In this document: positions 22,421-25,592 of the stretch, piece by piece
How the letters are laid out: each line of letters starts with the position of its first letter
Position numbering within the stretch: position 1 is the first letter of the stretch
Origin: Geosiphon pyriformis uo1
Lineage: Eukaryota; Fungi; Glomeromycota
Reading direction: 5' to 3'
Length of the DNA: 25,592 bases
Assembly (NCBI GenBank): GCA_016748015.1
Contig: JAAOMT010000379.1
Location: forward strand, 3,089-28,680
The notes under the pieces: generated by a model
What the model was told of the DNA's origin: nothing
Databases searched by the model: none
The model's input: only the letters and a program-made list of their open reading frames with translations
Program-made: the position numbers and the translations under genes

Positions 22421-22510
22421 TTTTATCAAACAACAAATTATTTCTGTAAATTATAACTTATTTTAGTAAACTGTTAAATATTTTGTCAAATTATTAAATA
22501 TTTTAGTAAA
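22421..22510. repeat. Degenerate 20-bp tandem repeat (~4.5 units)
   Basis: ttttatcaaacaacaaatta / tttctgtaaattataactta / ttttagtaaactgttaaata / ttttgtcaaattattaaata / ttttagtaaa. Confidence 0.5.
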
Positions 22511-23589
22511 TTTTTGATGTTGTTATACATAAAAAAAGAGAAAAATAATACATAATCGATAAAAAAAAATACATAATAATAAATTAGTCAATTAAAATAA
22601 AGAAAAAGAAAAGAGAATTTTTTAGGAAATTCCAGATATTTCAAAAAGTTGAAAATTTCTCAGAAAATCCTGAATCTTTTAGGAAATTAAGGATTTTATA
22701 GGAAATCTAACAAAAAAAAAATTTCTTGTATAAAGAGAATTATGTATATATAACAGTAACATTAGAAAGCAAGAAAAATATTCTATTCAGAATAGAAATC
22801 TCCATTTTTATTTATCTATTATTCACTTTAAAAATAGTTATTATCAACAGAAGTAAACACATCAAATATTAAATAAAATCATATTTGTTATTATTTTATT
22901 TATGTTACTATTAATTAATTGAGAATCTAACCCAAGTTTCTATTATCAACACTATATGTTAATAATATTTAATACTTAATCACATTAGAACAATAGCTTT
23001 TGATCACAGCTATTAACAAAATACTAATTCTTTAATCACTTAACTTATTTTTTTTTTAAAATTTCTGTTATTTTCTTTTTTTTTCTTTTTGTTTATTTTT
23101 TTGTGTTTACTAATTGATTAAAAATTAAGTGCTAAGTTATTGACATCAAAAATTGCCTGGTAAAAGATTCCAAATGAAAGAGTAGACACTTAAAAATTAA
23201 GAATTACTTACCAAAAAATTGCTAGCTATTAAGCTAAGAAAAAAATTGACAGAATTGTGATTCTAAGAGGTGATGGATAAAACCAAAAAGACTATCATTA
23301 AATCTCTGTCTATTATACAAAAAACTCAATTAAAATCTTCAAATAGTACTAATATTCTCAAGTTATTAAGTACCAAGTTATGGATTTGTTATTTGTATCA
23401 ACACCCAAATAATTACTTATAATAATATTATATACTTTAATATATTATATAATTTAATTATATTTGTGTTTAGTACAAATTAAATTATTAATTAAATAAT
23501 AATTTAGATAATTTACTAAAATAATAATATATGTTAATTAATAATAAAAATTATAAAAATAATTTTATATTAATTAATATTTTAAATTT

Positions 23590-25592
23590 TAGCTAATAAT
23601 AATATATTTACTATATATAGTTAGCTGTTTTATCAATTTAAACTACAATATACAAACATCACAATACTTACTATATTATTTATAGCAATAAAAAACAAAT
23701 AATAAAATTAATTTTTAAAATAAATTACATAATTTTTCATAATATTAAACAAAAAAATTACTTTACTTAAGATATAATTAAAAATTTTTTTGATATTAAC
23801 CAAAGCTGAAATTTTTATTGACAAAATTCTGAATTTTTTTAACTTTATTCTAAATTTTAAAATAAACAACCAAATTTGCTTTCTATAACCAAAAACTAAA
23901 TTATACACAAAATCTATTATTTTAAAAAAAACCAGTTTAGTATATTTAAAACACATTTTAACTTTAACTATTTATGATTTGAACACAAAACTTTTACATA
24001 AAACTATATACAAATTTATATTAAAAGCATTTAAAATTAAGTCTTAAAAAATAATAAAAGAAAACAAATAGTATTTAACAAAGAGTATTATAAAATTAAA
24101 TATTTAATTAAAAAACTATATTATATTACTTTGTTTTTTTAACAGACAAAACTATAATTAAAAATTTTAATTTTATTATAATGCACACAAAAAACACTAA
24201 GATAATATTTATTATAAAATTTTTTTAATAACTATTAGTAATTTATAATACAAAGTCTTTATAATATAAATATACAAACTTGTTGTGAATTTGTTAATAA
24301 AACCAATTGCTATATATGAGTTAGAATGCTATATTAAGACTATTGCTTCTCAATTAATGTTATTAACATACAAAAAATTCACTATATTAAGCATTAAAAC
24401 TCATTTTATATAAGATTTTTTAAACAATATTATCTAAAACAGTTTTTTTACCAGCTATTATATAGCTTTTAAACACATTAGTGAAAAGTATTAAACCAGA
24501 ATAGATTGTAAGATCTGCTAAAATATTGACATATTTATTGTTTACAATCTTTAAATATTTTTTTATTTTTATTTACTTAATAAACAAATTCTTATTATAA
24601 ATAATATTAATTACATAATAATATTTTATTTAGTAAAAATTATAAAGATCGAGTTTTAACAAATACAATTCAAAATAATAAGTATTAATAGTAACTTGGT
24701 TATCTGAAAAAATTTTGACATGAGAAAAAAAAAACACATAAAAAACAAAATAAAAATTAATAATTTAGTCAAAACTAAGAAGAACAGACTGTTTACTTGT
24801 ATATTTATACCTAAATTTAAACTAAAAAAATATGTTGTTGTATTAACAACAACAAAAAATAAACTAAAATTATTAACAAAATTATCTATAAAGGTTGATA
24901 AAATATCTGAATTATTATTTTTTAAAATAGATTTGATATCAAAAAAAAATCTAGCATATTTAATATACTTAATTTAATAAAAACTTGAAAAGATAAGTTA
25001 AAATTTACAAAACTCTCTAAAAATACAAATTTAAACATTAAAAAAAATCAAAACTCTTAAAATTTTTCTAAAAAAAACACTTTTTTAGACTGTTCAAAAA
25101 TTGTTTAGCTAATATTATTCCAAAATACTTCAAAAATTTGACAATTTTAGAATACTTAATAATTTTTATAAAATCTAAAACAGAAAAATTATAATATTAC
25201 TTGAAAACAATAACTTGTAAATCTATAATTTTATATTTAAAAACTATCTTAGAATACTATTAATATTAGCAAAATTAGCAATAAAAGCAATTTTATTTTT
25301 AATTTAAACTTAGTTAAAAGACTTTAAATTGTAAAATAAGAGATAATACATTATATTACTTGAAAAATATTTTGGCAAACCAGTATTGAACTTTAAATTA
25401 TGCTTAATAATCAGATTTTTTTTTGTATATAAATGTTTATTAATAAAACTAAATTGTATTTATAGCACAAAATAAGATATAAAATAACAGAAACCAAATA
25501 TGTAAATTGTTTGTCTAAAATATTTTTATATTAAACAATTACTAAATAAAATTTCAAATTAAAACTAGTTTTTTTGAAGTTAGATATTAAAA
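23590..25592 (-). mobile_element. Heavily AT-eroded LINE 3' half (post-RT region, RNase H, C-terminus, 3'UTR trace), relic E; probably continues beyond the window
   Basis: Reverse-strand translation versus copy C: ILDKQFTYLVSVIL (ILDKQCTYLVSAVL), GLPKYFSS..FYNLKSF, IFSDNQ (LFSDSQ), NIN*...I*HSNSYIAIGF (DINW...VWHPDSHLASGF), and IIDFVYNLVFGYRKQIWL (VVSFVHDFCLAFWDDIWL). GCTAACTATATATAG resembles the 3'UTR segment GCTGGTCACGTGTAG. Confidence 0.85.

Noticed and set aside
24720-24977. Lys-rich plus-strand ORF
   Set aside because: Antisense shadow of the eroded RNase H region of relic E.

Overview
This is very AT-rich eukaryotic DNA, most likely fungal. The repeat family and gene style resemble Glomeromycotina such as Geosiphon, but that is recall and not verified. 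The window is dominated by one family of non-LTR retrotransposons (LINEs) with the layout 5'UTR - ORF1 (RRM-like domains, CCHC knuckle, C-terminal coiled coils) - ORF2 (APE endonuclease, RT, L1-like spacer, RNase H, CCHC) - structured 3'UTR - poly(A). At least six pieces are present. Copy A (1994-8174, +) and copy C (~11543-18362, +) are near full-length and inactivated. Copy B (8620-10513, +) is 5'-intact and contains ORF1 only. Three strongly AT-eroded relics that the ORF track barely shows lie at 348-866 (ORF1 N-terminus, -), 10514-11530 (ORF2, +) and ~23590-25592 (ORF2 plus 3'UTR, -). Together the copies form a decay series driven mostly by C->T/G->A transitions, many outside CpG, which suggests a RIP-like process. 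One intron-containing host-type gene start (19239-19842) runs into a 953-N gap. No tRNA, rRNA or CRISPR array was found.
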